A stretch of 64,000 nucleotides of DNA from an uncultured Lentisphaerales bacterium (GTDB taxonomy: Bacteria > Verrucomicrobiota > Lentisphaeria > JABSQK01 > UBA12247): assembly GCA_943788985.1 (NCBI GenBank), contig CALSSJ010000031.1:64001-128000 (forward strand). Direction: 5' to 3'. This document shows positions 49,803 through 59,748 of the stretch, piece after piece; positions within the stretch are counted from its first letter, which is position 1; the number at the start of each line of letters is the position of its first letter. The notes under the pieces were generated by a model. That model had not been told where the DNA came from. It saw only the letters and a program-made list of their open reading frames with translations, and did no database searches. The translations under genes were made by a program, and so were the position numbers.

Positions 49803-50264
49803 ATGGCACTTCAGCCAGGCGACAAAGCACCGCAATTCAGTGGCAAGACACAGACTGGGGAGACCGTTTCACTCGACCAGTTCAGGGGCAAAACCGTCAT
49901 CCTCTATTTTTATCCCAAGGATGACACGCCCGGATGCACAAAGGAGGCTTGCTCGCTTCGTGACAACTTCGAGGTCCTGACCGAACGCGGCATCGTTGTG
50001 GTCGGTGTCAGCCCTGACGGGGTCGAGTCACATCAGAAGTTTGTAGCCAAGTATGACCTACCGTTTCAGCTGCTGGCCGACGAGGACAGGACCGTAATCG
50101 CTGCCTACGGAATTTGGGGTGAGAAGATGAACTACGGAAAGCGAAGTATGGGCATCCTGCGCCATACCTATGTGATCGGCCCGGATGGCGAAATCCGCAA
50201 GATCTTCAAGCAAGTCAAGACGGCAGAACACGCCCAGCAGATCCTGAAGTTTCTGGATTCCTGA
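49803..50264 (+). CDS. bcp: Thioredoxin-dependent peroxiredoxin Bcp
   Basis: YFYPKDDTPGCTKEAC. Confidence 0.93.
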   Translation: MALQPGDKAPQFSGKTQTGETVSLDQFRGKTVILYFYPKDDTPGCTKEACSLRDNFEVLTERGIVVVGVSPDGVESHQKFVAKYDLPFQLLADEDRTVIAAYGIWGEKMNYGKRSMGILRHTYVIGPDGEIRKIFKQVKTAEHAQQILKFLDS

Positions 50265-50273
50265 CCGGCCGCG

Positions 50274-51365
50274 TTACTGCGTCTTAAACAAGTCCCCGTA
50301 AGCCCCTAGGCCATTTTTCTCAAGCTCACTCGCCGGAATGAACCGCAATGCTGCGGAGTTGATGCAGTAGCGCAGTCCAGTCGAAGGCGGGCCATCGGGG
50401 AAGACATGGCCAAGGTGGGAATCTGCCTGCGAACTCCGCACTTCGGTTCGCACCATTCCCAGCTTGCGGTCGCTGTGTTCCACGACCGAGTCTTCGGCTA
50501 GCGGCTTGGTGAAGCTGGGCCAACCAGTCCCTGACTTGAACTTGTCAGTGGAGCTGAATAGCGGCTCCCCAGAGACAATGTCCACGTAGATGCCGGAGAC
50601 TTTGTGATCCCAGTACTCGTTTCGAAACGGGCGCTCGGTCCCGTCCTCCTGCGTCACGCGGTACTGAATATCGGTCAGGATCTCGCGCAGCTTCTCCTTG
50701 CTGGGTTTGCGCCAGGCACTGTTTAGAAACGATGGAATGTCGTCCCAGACTCGGCGGATGTACTGATCCCGCCCCGAGCCGTTGCGATAGCGTTTGTAGT
50801 GAGAGGGATTTTTCCGGTAGTAGTCCTGGTGGTACTCTTCCGCAGGATAGAACTCTGTGAGCGGCTTGACGCCAGTGGCGATGTCTTTGCCGCGAAACGC
50901 GGCCAGCGCAGCGACTGCCGCGCGAGATTGCTCCGCGACGGACTTCTGCGCGTCATCTGCGTAATAGATCGCGCTTGTGTACTGTCGCCCACGATCGACA
51001 AAGGAGCCCCCAGCATCCGTTGGGTCGATTAGGCGCCAGAAGGCTTCGACCAATTGGCTGTAGGAGATGACTTTGGGATCGAAATCCACCTTGATCGCCT
51101 CAAGATGACGGGTCTGGCCAGACGCCACCTTCTTATAGTGCGCACCGTTCTCGGCTCCCCCGGTATAGCCGGACACGACGCTCGACACGCCTGGTAGTTT
51201 TTCCAGGCTCGCTTCGGTACACCAAAAGCAGCCCCCTGCAAATACGGCGTGGGCGCTGGTGCCGTCTGTCGCGGGAGGCGCCGGTGATGAGCTTGCAGCC
51301 GGGGGCTTGGCGCAGGCGCTCATGCTAATTGCAATGATAAGGGCAGTGAGGGTGAGGCGAATCAT
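50274..51365 (-). CDS. msrAB: Exported MsrA-MsrB fusion
   Basis: Lipobox [38 protein letters not shown]. Confidence 0.93.
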   Translation of the reverse strand: MIRLTLTALIIAISMSACAKPPAASSSPAPPATDGTSAHAVFAGGCFWCTEASLEKLPGVSSVVSGYTGGAENGAHYKKVASGQTRHLEAIKVDFDPKVISYSQLVEAFWRLIDPTDAGGSFVDRGRQYTSAIYYADDAQKSVAEQSRAAVAALAAFRGKDIATGVKPLTEFYPAEEYHQDYYRKNPSHYKRYRNGSGRDQYIRRVWDDIPSFLNSAWRKPSKEKLREILTDIQYRVTQEDGTERPFRNEYWDHKVSGIYVDIVSGEPLFSSTDKFKSGTGWPSFTKPLAEDSVVEHSDRKLGMVRTEVRSSQADSHLGHVFPDGPPSTGLRYCINSAALRFIPASELEKNGLGAYGDLFKTQ

Positions 51366-51419
51366 AGAATTTCTCCGTTTGGGTTTGGTCCCTTCATTCT
51401 TAACGATGGCAACAGTAAG

Positions 51420-52343
51420 TCAGCGAAAAAATTTAAGTCGCGATCGCCGCGATGCGGTCACACTAAGACTGCTCGCGGCGGACGGGTACTCCTCGTGGAA
51501 TTCTGGCACTGGCGCGTGTGCTGGCAAAAGACTCCAAAGGTCAGGTGCAGCTAAGCACTCCAGAAAAATTTCTTTTTCGCGAAGTGCGCATTCAGTGACA
51601 AGCGGCAACAGGACCACATCGGCCGCGCAATAGCGAGTCAGCAGGGTCTTGAACGCAGGATCCGAGGTTCGACGCCAAGCCTTCCAAAGCCGTATCGCGT
51701 CGTCTCCGGCAAGCGATTCAATGTCCTCCGGGCGATGAATCCCCATTGTGCGCGCGATGGCCTTGAGCCCGCCTCTGTGCGCTTGATGGTAACAGAGCCA
51801 GCGAAGATCTAGGTGCGCGCAGGGAAGTTCCGGAATGTGAAAGTAGTCGAGAACTCGCGGCACATCGAAGGAGGCACCGTTGAAGGAGACCAACAACTTA
51901 ATCTCCGCCAGCAGCTCGAGAAAATCATCCAGATTCTCATGCTCGTAGAAGTAATGAAGCTCCCCTTGATGATAGCATGCAATCATGGCAATCGCGCTGT
52001 CGCGATCAAGTCCGGTCGTTTCTATGTCAAACCAGGCTGCACGCGGGAAATGTTCCGCCAGAATGCGCCAATGGTCGATAGGCCGCAACGTCTGACACAG
52101 CGGCAGAAGACGGTCGCACTCGAGATCGTGTTGGTTCTGCGCGATTACCGCACAGATGGGTGCGTGGAGCGTTTCCGCAAGGGGCCAGCTGGCTGTGCTC
52201 TGGATCGCCGCCCAGCTATCCAGCCCTGCATCACGAAGACGTTGCTCCCGAACTGGGCCGATTCCAGGCAGATGCAGCAACGCACCTGCGATCAGCGGTT
52301 CAAGTGTTGGCGCGAGGGTCGGCACTGGCGGACTCAACGGCAT
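51420..52343 (-). CDS. RNase H-like 3'-5' exonuclease domain protein (YprB-like)
   Basis: HLPGIGP, FDIETTGL, SFNGASFDVP, HLDL, YCAADV. Confidence 0.85.
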   Translation of the reverse strand: MPLSPPVPTLAPTLEPLIAGALLHLPGIGPVREQRLRDAGLDSWAAIQSTASWPLAETLHAPICAVIAQNQHDLECDRLLPLCQTLRPIDHWRILAEHFPRAAWFDIETTGLDRDSAIAMIACYHQGELHYFYEHENLDDFLELLAEIKLLVSFNGASFDVPRVLDYFHIPELPCAHLDLRWLCYHQAHRGGLKAIARTMGIHRPEDIESLAGDDAIRLWKAWRRTSDPAFKTLLTRYCAADVVLLPLVTECALREKEIFLECLAAPDLWSLLPAHAPVPEFHEEYPSAASSLSVTASRRSRLKFFR

Positions 52344-55188
52344 CTAATTCCTCTTCGTCTTTGTCGTCGTCTTCGACCTTTCTGCTCATAATCTGATCGA
52401 CAATGGAGAGCATGCCGAAAAGAAAGCAATGTAGCATCGCGAGCAAAGGCCATAGGACCCAGGGCTTGCCCTGGAGCTCTCTCAGCTGGGGCACGGCGAA
52501 CGCCGCGACAGCGAGCCCGATCCAGATCATACTGAGCCCCGGGCCACCCGGTAGCCGGAGGAGACGCCCCCGGATGATGTCCGCCATAATCCAGACTGGC
52601 AAAGCCAGCAGCATCAGGATCGGCAGGTCGAGTACGATCAGCTTCGACAGCGCGAAAACCAGTCCACAGCCAAGCGGAGAAAGTGCCAGAATGGCACCCA
52701 AGATACCCAGTCGGACCGACGGGGCGTCGACATCTGCGGTCTGTTCGCGGAGCACCACCTTTCTCCGTCCGATCATGTAGATCACGAACAGAAACAGAAT
52801 CCCATTCACCAGCCCGAATGCGATCTCCGGAAGACGCTTTGCGGGATTTGCCATAAGTGTGCCGCTATATTGTACGAGCCCAAAGATTGGAACTGCCCAA
52901 AGTGCGCACGCCATGAAAATAGTCCGGATGATGACCTGCTTGCGTTTGCTCAGCAGCGCGACTCTGCGGCGGCGCTTGAAGTCTCGTGCATACTGCCAGA
53001 GATTCCCTGTAACCATGTCCTTGGGGATTTCTCGAAAATAATCCCACGCTCGCTGTGCGTGGGTAATTTTACCGCGACGCTCGATATCGATTGCGCGGTT
53101 GTAGCGCTTGGCAATCTCGCGATTCACCAGCGACCGCACTTGATCCTCGCAACGTCTCCACGTGCTATGGGCACCGGCGCGCAGCGCTTCCATTGCGACG
53201 TTCACATACTCCCACTCGTCTTCCTCTATCCACTCAGGAACGATTTCCAGAATCTTGGTCGTAAGAATCTTATCGATATCGACAATCCGGTCATGGGCGG
53301 CGATGTCCTCACGAGCCGGCCGCATCTCGCTGTTTCGCGGTGGAAGCCGAAATCGTGACATCGCCTTGAGGCGGCGTAATACCTCGGTGTATTTTTCCTC
53401 GCGCAGCGCTTCCTCGATGGCTTCGATTGCCCGGGCGCGCTCTTCCAACAACGCGCGGCAGTTCTTCAGCAGCCGGGAACGCCGATCGCCAAGCTCGTCA
53501 GAATGCCAGGGATTGCTCGCGTTCAGCAGCTCGAATGCAAATGAAATACAATTCATTCCAATCGCAAGTCCAGCCTGAGTTACAGTATGATTGAGGTCAT
53601 TCTGGACGGCCCACAGTTCCTCATTGATGGTCAAGCAGCGCTCTTTCCCGTAGACTAGGTTGAGGTTCTTAATCATCTGCGAGTACTGCTGCATATTATA
53701 GCCTTTGGATGCTCTGTCTACCGCCTCGCGCAGTAGCTTATCCAGCTGACTCATTAGCGCGTTGTAGCGCGCTGCTGTCTCGAAATCAGGGCTATCAGAC
53801 AAGCACTCCTCCGGCACCGTGGCCGCGAGTTTCTCTTGGAGCTTGACCGCGCCGTTAATGTTGTACACGCGAATGGCTGAGTCGAACTCATTCAGCAAAT
53901 TGCGACGCAGCAGGATAACCTGACGCCACTCCTTCACCAGAGCAGCGGCCTCTGTATTATTTACCCCGGAAACGCCGCGCAGTGTTTGCAACGCCGCCTC
54001 AAACTCCATGAAGCCGGCCTGTCGCTTCGCTTCCTCCATTGAGCCTAAGTAGTCCTTTGCCACATTCATGTCGCAGCCACACGATGGGCAGAACTGGCTG
54101 CTGACCTTCACTTCGGTCTCACAGATGGGGCAGGCAGAGGTGCCGCGAGTCCCGCAATGCACACAAAACTTGGCCTCATCCGGGTTATTGCGCTCACAGT
54201 TGGGACAGGTCCAAGCGCGTGATCCGGGAATCGTCGAGCGCAGATCGTCATCTGTGACCGTGTTTGTGAGAACCTTGCCCTTTGGGCCGCGCGCACGAAG
54301 TGCATCACCAAACTCGACCATCGTTTGAAACCGCTCTTTAGGACGCTGAGCCAGCGCCTTGGACAGCACCGGCTGAACATCCGGTGGCAATTTTTGCGGG
54401 TCAAAATGCCGAGGCACGCGACCACTGAGCGCATACCACATCACAGCCCCAAGCGAGAAAATATCCGCTCGCTCGTCGATCTCGTTACTGGTCCATTGCT
54501 CGGGGGCCACGTACTCTGGCGTACCTATGAATTGCCCTTGGAGCGTAATATCATCCCGACTTTCTCCGTGGAGCGGACGCGCCAGGCCAAAGTCCACAAG
54601 TTTGGGGTCCATCTTCGGGGTAAGCAGTACATTGCCGGGCTTGATGTCGCGGTGAACGATGCCCTGACGATGCGCGTAGCCAAGCGCGCTGCACAACTGG
54701 ACAGTGAGCTCGCATACCTCTTCTACAGGCAGCGGGTTCCGCTTCTTGACATAGCGGCTGAGAGTAACGGGGTCCCCACTAGGCTCGCTTTCTTCGGCCA
54801 GATTGGGGCCTTGCACGTACTCCATGGTGATGAAGTGCCCGATACCATCCTGACCAATGTCATGGATCGACACGATATGCATGTGCCCCAGCGAGGCAAT
54901 GGTCTGGGCTTCACGCGCAAATCGGCGCTGGTCTCTTGAGAGGTTCGCCGCATTTGGGATCAGACGCTTTACAGCCACCATGCGATTTAGCTTGGTATCG
55001 AGCGCCTGATATACGATGCCCATTCCGCCGCGCCCAACTTCCTTGATCACGCGGTAGCGGCCGCCGATCACGTCTCCGGGCGGATCAATAATTACCGCCT
55101 GAGCGTCACACCCACGCTCGGCCTTGGGGAGCGGAGCAGCGCCCTGTTCGTCAATGGTCATCATGTCTGAGTCAAGACGATGGTCCAT
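52300..55188 (-). CDS. Hanks-type Ser/Thr kinase with double zinc ribbon and C-terminal multi-TM domain
   Basis: GRGGMG, AVK, HRDIKPGN, DFG, APE; four CxxC; about 6 TM. Confidence 0.92.
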   Translation of the reverse strand: MDHRLDSDMMTIDEQGAAPLPKAERGCDAQAVIIDPPGDVIGGRYRVIKEVGRGGMGIVYQALDTKLNRMVAVKRLIPNAANLSRDQRRFAREAQTIASLGHMHIVSIHDIGQDGIGHFITMEYVQGPNLAEESEPSGDPVTLSRYVKKRNPLPVEEVCELTVQLCSALGYAHRQGIVHRDIKPGNVLLTPKMDPKLVDFGLARPLHGESRDDITLQGQFIGTPEYVAPEQWTSNEIDERADIFSLGAVMWYALSGRVPRHFDPQKLPPDVQPVLSKALAQRPKERFQTMVEFGDALRARGPKGKVLTNTVTDDDLRSTIPGSRAWTCPNCERNNPDEAKFCVHCGTRGTSACPICETEVKVSSQFCPSCGCDMNVAKDYLGSMEEAKRQAGFMEFEAALQTLRGVSGVNNTEAAALVKEWRQVILLRRNLLNEFDSAIRVYNINGAVKLQEKLAATVPEECLSDSPDFETAARYNALMSQLDKLLREAVDRASKGYNMQQYSQMIKNLNLVYGKERCLTINEELWAVQNDLNHTVTQAGLAIGMNCISFAFELLNASNPWHSDELGDRRSRLLKNCRALLEERARAIEAIEEALREEKYTEVLRRLKAMSRFRLPPRNSEMRPAREDIAAHDRIVDIDKILTTKILEIVPEWIEEDEWEYVNVAMEALRAGAHSTWRRCEDQVRSLVNREIAKRYNRAIDIERRGKITHAQRAWDYFREIPKDMVTGNLWQYARDFKRRRRVALLSKRKQVIIRTIFMACALWAVPIFGLVQYSGTLMANPAKRLPEIAFGLVNGILFLFVIYMIGRRKVVLREQTADVDAPSVRLGILGAILALSPLGCGLVFALSKLIVLDLPILMLLALPVWIMADIIRGRLLRLPGGPGLSMIWIGLAVAAFAVPQLRELQGKPWVLWPLLAMLHCFLFGMLSIVDQIMSRKVEDDDKDEEELDAVESASADPRANT

Positions 55189-55288
55189 GCGCTAAGATTC
55201 GACGGGTTTGCAGATTCGCAACAACCGCGTTGCAAAGTGAACTGTAACCAGCTTGCCCACTTATTGCAACGTTACCGATGACATGGTG

Positions 55289-57007
55289 CTACGAAGAGAA
55301 CAGAGGGACAATCTCAAAAGCGTCGACATCCACCAATCCCTGATCGGTCAGTTTTAGTTCCGGGATGACAGGCAGAGCGAGAAATGAAAGTAACATGTAA
55401 GGGTCTGCTGTGGTGCTCCCCAATTCACGAGATACTGCTTTTAGGTGGGCCACTTGGTCTCGCACGACAGGAAGTGGAAGGTCGGACATCAGTCCCGCAA
55501 TCGGTAGCGCCAGCTCGGCCAGCACCTCTCCATCGCGCACAGCCACCAGCCCACCTCCGAGCGCAGCCACGCGCTCTGCAGCCAAGGCCATGTCTTGGTC
55601 ATTCATCCCGGCAACCACGAGATTGTGCGAGTCATGGGCGACTGAAGAAGCAAGCGCGCCTTCCGCCAGACGCAGCCCAGTAACGAAGCCCAGGCCAACG
55701 GCCTCGCTGCCATGGTGACGCTCGATGACAGCCAATTTTGCCAGGTCGCGTGCGGAGTCGGCAATGGCACAGGCATCGGCAAGAGTAGGCTCGAGCCGCT
55801 GCGTTCCCGTGATGATCTGGCCATCGCAAGCCTCGATCACACGTATTTTTCCTGCTTTTGCTGGCACGGAAAACAAGTCGGCATTTAGCGCCGGCACGGC
55901 GAAATCAGACGGCAATGCGCTGGAGTCGGGCCTGGGCAAATCAACCAGCAACTTCCCGTTCTCAGCTACCAATGTGCCTCTCCTAAATACCTGATGTATC
56001 TGAGGTGCGTCAAGCGAGTCACACGTGATCAGGTCGGCAAAACGCCCTGGACTCACCGCCCCCATGCGCTCAAGCCCGAAATACTGCGCCGCGTTAATCG
56101 TCGCCATGCGGATCGCATGCAGCGGCTTGATCCCCAACTGAATCGCCCGGCACACCAGAAAATCGATGTGCCCTTCCTCGAGTAAATCTGCCGGGTGTCG
56201 ATCATCGGTGCAGAATAGAAACCGGTGATGGTTCTCTGCGGAGACCGCAACAGCCAGCGCCTCGAGATTCTTGGCAGCAGTTCCTTCGCGAATCATCACA
56301 TAGGCGCCCGCACGGACCTTCTCTAGGGCTTCATCAGCGGTCGTACACTCGTGATCGCTGCCGATGCCAGCAGCCAGATAGGCCTGCAACGCACGGCCCG
56401 TAACGCCAGGCGCATGCCCATCGCGCACGCGTCCCTCTGCAATTTGGAGCTTGGCCATCATGTCCGGGGCCCCATCAATAACCCCAGGAAAATTCATCAC
56501 CTCAGCGAGCCCCAGCACGCCATCGGTCTTCAGCAGTCGTTGCACGTCCTGCGGACTCAACACCGCACCGGAGGTTTCCATGTGCGTCGCAGGGACGCAC
56601 GGCGATGCCATGATGTGCACATCCAGAGGCAAGTTGCGCGAAGTCCTCAACATGAACTCGACACCGGGAACACCAAGGACATTGGCAATCTCGTGAGGAT
56701 CTGCGACCACGGCTGAGGTGCCGCGCGGCACCACGGCGCGGGCATACTCAGGTGGCGTCACCATCGCGCTCTCGATATGCACGTGCGCATCCACAAAGCC
56801 CGGCAGGACAAACTGACCGCCGAGGTCGATGACCGTCTCACCATCGTACCCTCCAATGCCAGCGATCATGCCCTCGCAAATTGCGATGTCCGCAACTGTC
56901 GTTTCACCCGTAAAGACGTTCAAAATCTTCCCCCCCCGCAAGACCACGTCTGCAAGCTGGTCACCGCGGGCAACCGCGATCAAAGATTCGCGTTCCGATC
57001 GGTTCAT
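55289..57007 (-). CDS. ade: Adenine deaminase
   Basis: DAHVHIES, DPHEIANV, EVMN, DGHAP, DHEC, CTDDRHP, AHDSHN. Confidence 0.95.
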   Translation of the reverse strand: MNRSERESLIAVARGDQLADVVLRGGKILNVFTGETTVADIAICEGMIAGIGGYDGETVIDLGGQFVLPGFVDAHVHIESAMVTPPEYARAVVPRGTSAVVADPHEIANVLGVPGVEFMLRTSRNLPLDVHIMASPCVPATHMETSGAVLSPQDVQRLLKTDGVLGLAEVMNFPGVIDGAPDMMAKLQIAEGRVRDGHAPGVTGRALQAYLAAGIGSDHECTTADEALEKVRAGAYVMIREGTAAKNLEALAVAVSAENHHRFLFCTDDRHPADLLEEGHIDFLVCRAIQLGIKPLHAIRMATINAAQYFGLERMGAVSPGRFADLITCDSLDAPQIHQVFRRGTLVAENGKLLVDLPRPDSSALPSDFAVPALNADLFSVPAKAGKIRVIEACDGQIITGTQRLEPTLADACAIADSARDLAKLAVIERHHGSEAVGLGFVTGLRLAEGALASSVAHDSHNLVVAGMNDQDMALAAERVAALGGGLVAVRDGEVLAELALPIAGLMSDLPLPVVRDQVAHLKAVSRELGSTTADPYMLLSFLALPVIPELKLTDQGLVDVDAFEIVPLFSS

Positions 57008-58728
57008 GATTCTCTAGCGAGCTCGGCTTTAAGTCTCTCAACCACCGCATCAAGTGCCACCATGTCCTTCCCTTCACTGCCGCGGCGCTTGAATTCTGCC
57101 TCGCCGTTCGCAATCGTCTTGGGTGAGATGATTAGACGTAACGGGATGCCGATCAAATCCGCATCCGCGAAACTGAACCCCGCCTTCTCGCCACGGTCGT
57201 CCAACAGGACCTCAAAGCCAGAAGCGTGCAACTCGGCGTAGAGCAAATCGGCCACGGTCCGGACGGCCTCTTTCTTATAGTTAAGCGCGCAAATGTGGAC
57301 CTGATATGGCGCGATTGACATGGGCCAGATCGGACCGTACTGATCGTGCGACTGCTCGATTACGGCGGCCATAGCTCGCCCAATGCCGATGCCATAGCAG
57401 CCCATTATCAGCGGAGCACGCTTACCATTGGGATCCAAAAAGGTCGCCCCCATTGCAGCCGAGTACTTGGTCCCCAACTGGAAGATGTTTCCCACTTCGA
57501 TTCCGCGTGTGATCTCGAGCGGCTCTCCGGTAAGCGGGCAAGGGTCTCCCGCTCGCGCAGTAGCGATGTCGACGATCTCCACGGATTCCGCGAGCTCAGC
57601 AAGGTCCCGCTCGAAGTTGAAATTACGGTAGTGGTAATCTACCTCGTTGGCCCCGACGATTAGGTTTGAGGAGTGGCGCGCTGATCGGTCAAAGACCAGC
57701 TGCACCTTTTCCGCTGCGACACCAAGTGGCGAGGCATAGCCAGGAACGGAGCCGATATCCTCGATCTCACGATCCGTCGCCAAGCGCAGCTCAGACTCCT
57801 TAAGGTGGTTGCGCAGCTTGGTTTCGTTCACCTCTAGGTCGCCGCGGATGACCACGAAAACCAACTCATCATTCCCTGTGGTGTAGAACACTGCCTTGCC
57901 GGTCTGCTCCGGCGTAGCGTCGAGAAAGGCGGCTACATCTTCGATGCTCGTCTTGCCAGGAGTGTGCACCTTCTCCAGCGGTAGCGCCCCCTCCTGCACA
58001 AAGGTCAATCCAGTCGTGGCAACGTCTCGATTGGAACGGTAGCTGCGATCCGGTGACAGGAAGATGGTGTCTTCACCACACTCGGCGACAGCCATGAACT
58101 CGTGGCTGACATTTCCGCCCATCATACCAGGATCGGCCTGAATCACCTGCACGTCTTTCATACCGATACGCTGGAAGATGCTGACGTATGCATCGTGGCA
58201 ACGCTCGTAGTATGCTTCAAGGCACTCTGAATTCGCGTGGAACGAATAGCCGTCCTTCATCGTGAACTCGCGCACACGGATGAGCCCCGCCCGAGGACGA
58301 GCCTCATCCCGGTACTTGGTCTGCACTTGATAGACCATCGCCGGCAGCTGCTTATAGGAACTCAACTCGGTGCGCGCCATATGCACGACCGCTTCCTCGT
58401 GAGTCATTCCAAGCACCATGGCCTTCTCGTTTCGATCCTGAAAGCGCAGCAGCTCGTCACCGACCGTGTCGTAACGGCCGCTCTCCTCCCAGAGCTCTCC
58501 CGGCAGAACCACTGGCATCAGCATCTCCTGGCCATCGACCCGATCCATCTCTTCCCGGATAATCGCTTCTACTTTAGAGACTACGCGCCTTCCCAAAGGA
58601 AGAAGTGTATAAATACCTGCCGATACAGAACGAATGTACCCGCCTCTTAAAAGGAATCGGTGACTGACAGTCTGGGCGTCTTTTGGCGTTTCTTTTACCT
58701 GGCGGCCAACCAGCTTGGACATCCGCAT
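57004..58728 (-). CDS. proS: Proline-tRNA ligase (bacterial type with editing insertion)
   Basis: LGMTHEE, KYRDEARPRAGLIRVREF.MKDGYSF, GIEVGNIFQLG, MGCYGIG. Confidence 0.97.
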   Translation of the reverse strand: MRMSKLVGRQVKETPKDAQTVSHRFLLRGGYIRSVSAGIYTLLPLGRRVVSKVEAIIREEMDRVDGQEMLMPVVLPGELWEESGRYDTVGDELLRFQDRNEKAMVLGMTHEEAVVHMARTELSSYKQLPAMVYQVQTKYRDEARPRAGLIRVREFTMKDGYSFHANSECLEAYYERCHDAYVSIFQRIGMKDVQVIQADPGMMGGNVSHEFMAVAECGEDTIFLSPDRSYRSNRDVATTGLTFVQEGALPLEKVHTPGKTSIEDVAAFLDATPEQTGKAVFYTTGNDELVFVVIRGDLEVNETKLRNHLKESELRLATDREIEDIGSVPGYASPLGVAAEKVQLVFDRSARHSSNLIVGANEVDYHYRNFNFERDLAELAESVEIVDIATARAGDPCPLTGEPLEITRGIEVGNIFQLGTKYSAAMGATFLDPNGKRAPLIMGCYGIGIGRAMAAVIEQSHDQYGPIWPMSIAPYQVHICALNYKKEAVRTVADLLYAELHASGFEVLLDDRGEKAGFSFADADLIGIPLRLIISPKTIANGEAEFKRRGSEGKDMVALDAVVERLKAELARES

Positions 58729-58771
58729 CGGGAGTGCTCCTGAGTTTTTAAGCGCAAAGGGAAAAGTCTAG

Positions 58772-59653
58772 TCAGCTCGCGGGCACACGGCCGTCAACAT
58801 CCAGCGGCGGATCCAGAGGCGTACTCTCACCATAGACATCCAGCCAACGCTGCGAAACCTTGTTCTCGATCGCGTTATAGTCGATCACGCTGAACTTACC
58901 GGTGCTGGTGAGTGAGCCAGCGCAGACCTCGCAGCCGCCTCCGGCCTCATCTCGGCGGAACCCAGTATGGATATGCCCGCAGAGAGAAATCGACAACCGC
59001 CCGCTCATCAGTAGCTCGCGCAGAAAGAGGTTGTTGCCGCATCGACGCAGCCATGTCAGTTCCCGCCCATGCTGATCCGCGATCGGCCAATGCGAGACAA
59101 GGACCAGTCGACGTCGTCCCTCAATCACGTCGGGTTGCTCGCATTCGTTACGCAGCCAAGCCTCCGCAGCGGTCGTAACTCTGCCTCGCGCGGAAAGCAG
59201 AAAAGTCGGGCAGGCCTCGTTCACAATCAGGAAACGCACGGTCCCGAGATCAATTGAGGTTGGCAAGTCATCTAAGGACCAGCGGTTTCGGTTCAGGGCT
59301 CGAAATGTCTCGTGAAGCGCGCGATTACAGGCACTGTTGTGCACGTAGGCGTCATGATTTCCCGGGATGTACACAAACTCAAATCTCTGGTCTGCGGCCA
59401 GCGCCGCTAGTGCCTCGCGGGCCTGCTCGAACTCACATGGCTGGCTGACACTAGCCAAGTCCCCAGTACAAACGACGATATCAGGTGCCAGCGTTCGAAT
59501 CTGCTGCACAGCAGGCGCCACCAGGCTCCAGTCATGCACGTTTCTCCTGCGCATGCAAAAATGCGTCGCGCCCACCACGCGTTTATCAAAGTAGGCAGAG
59601 GCAGACTTCAGCCACGCCCCGGCGTGCAAATCCGAAATATGAATAATTCGCAT
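58772..59653 (-). CDS. Metallophosphoesterase
   Basis: HISDLH, TGD, PGNHD, HWP, GHIH. Confidence 0.9.
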   Translation of the reverse strand: MRIIHISDLHAGAWLKSASAYFDKRVVGATHFCMRRRNVHDWSLVAPAVQQIRTLAPDIVVCTGDLASVSQPCEFEQAREALAALAADQRFEFVYIPGNHDAYVHNSACNRALHETFRALNRNRWSLDDLPTSIDLGTVRFLIVNEACPTFLLSARGRVTTAAEAWLRNECEQPDVIEGRRRLVLVSHWPIADQHGRELTWLRRCGNNLFLRELLMSGRLSISLCGHIHTGFRRDEAGGGCEVCAGSLTSTGKFSVIDYNAIENKVSQRWLDVYGESTPLDPPLDVDGRVPAS

Positions 59654-59748
59654 CCGCTATCTCCGACAACTGGCAAATGTCAGGCCTCGGCGTACTGCCG
59701 GCCATTGCGAGCAACTGGTTCTGTGACGCTGTGACACCCGTCCAATCC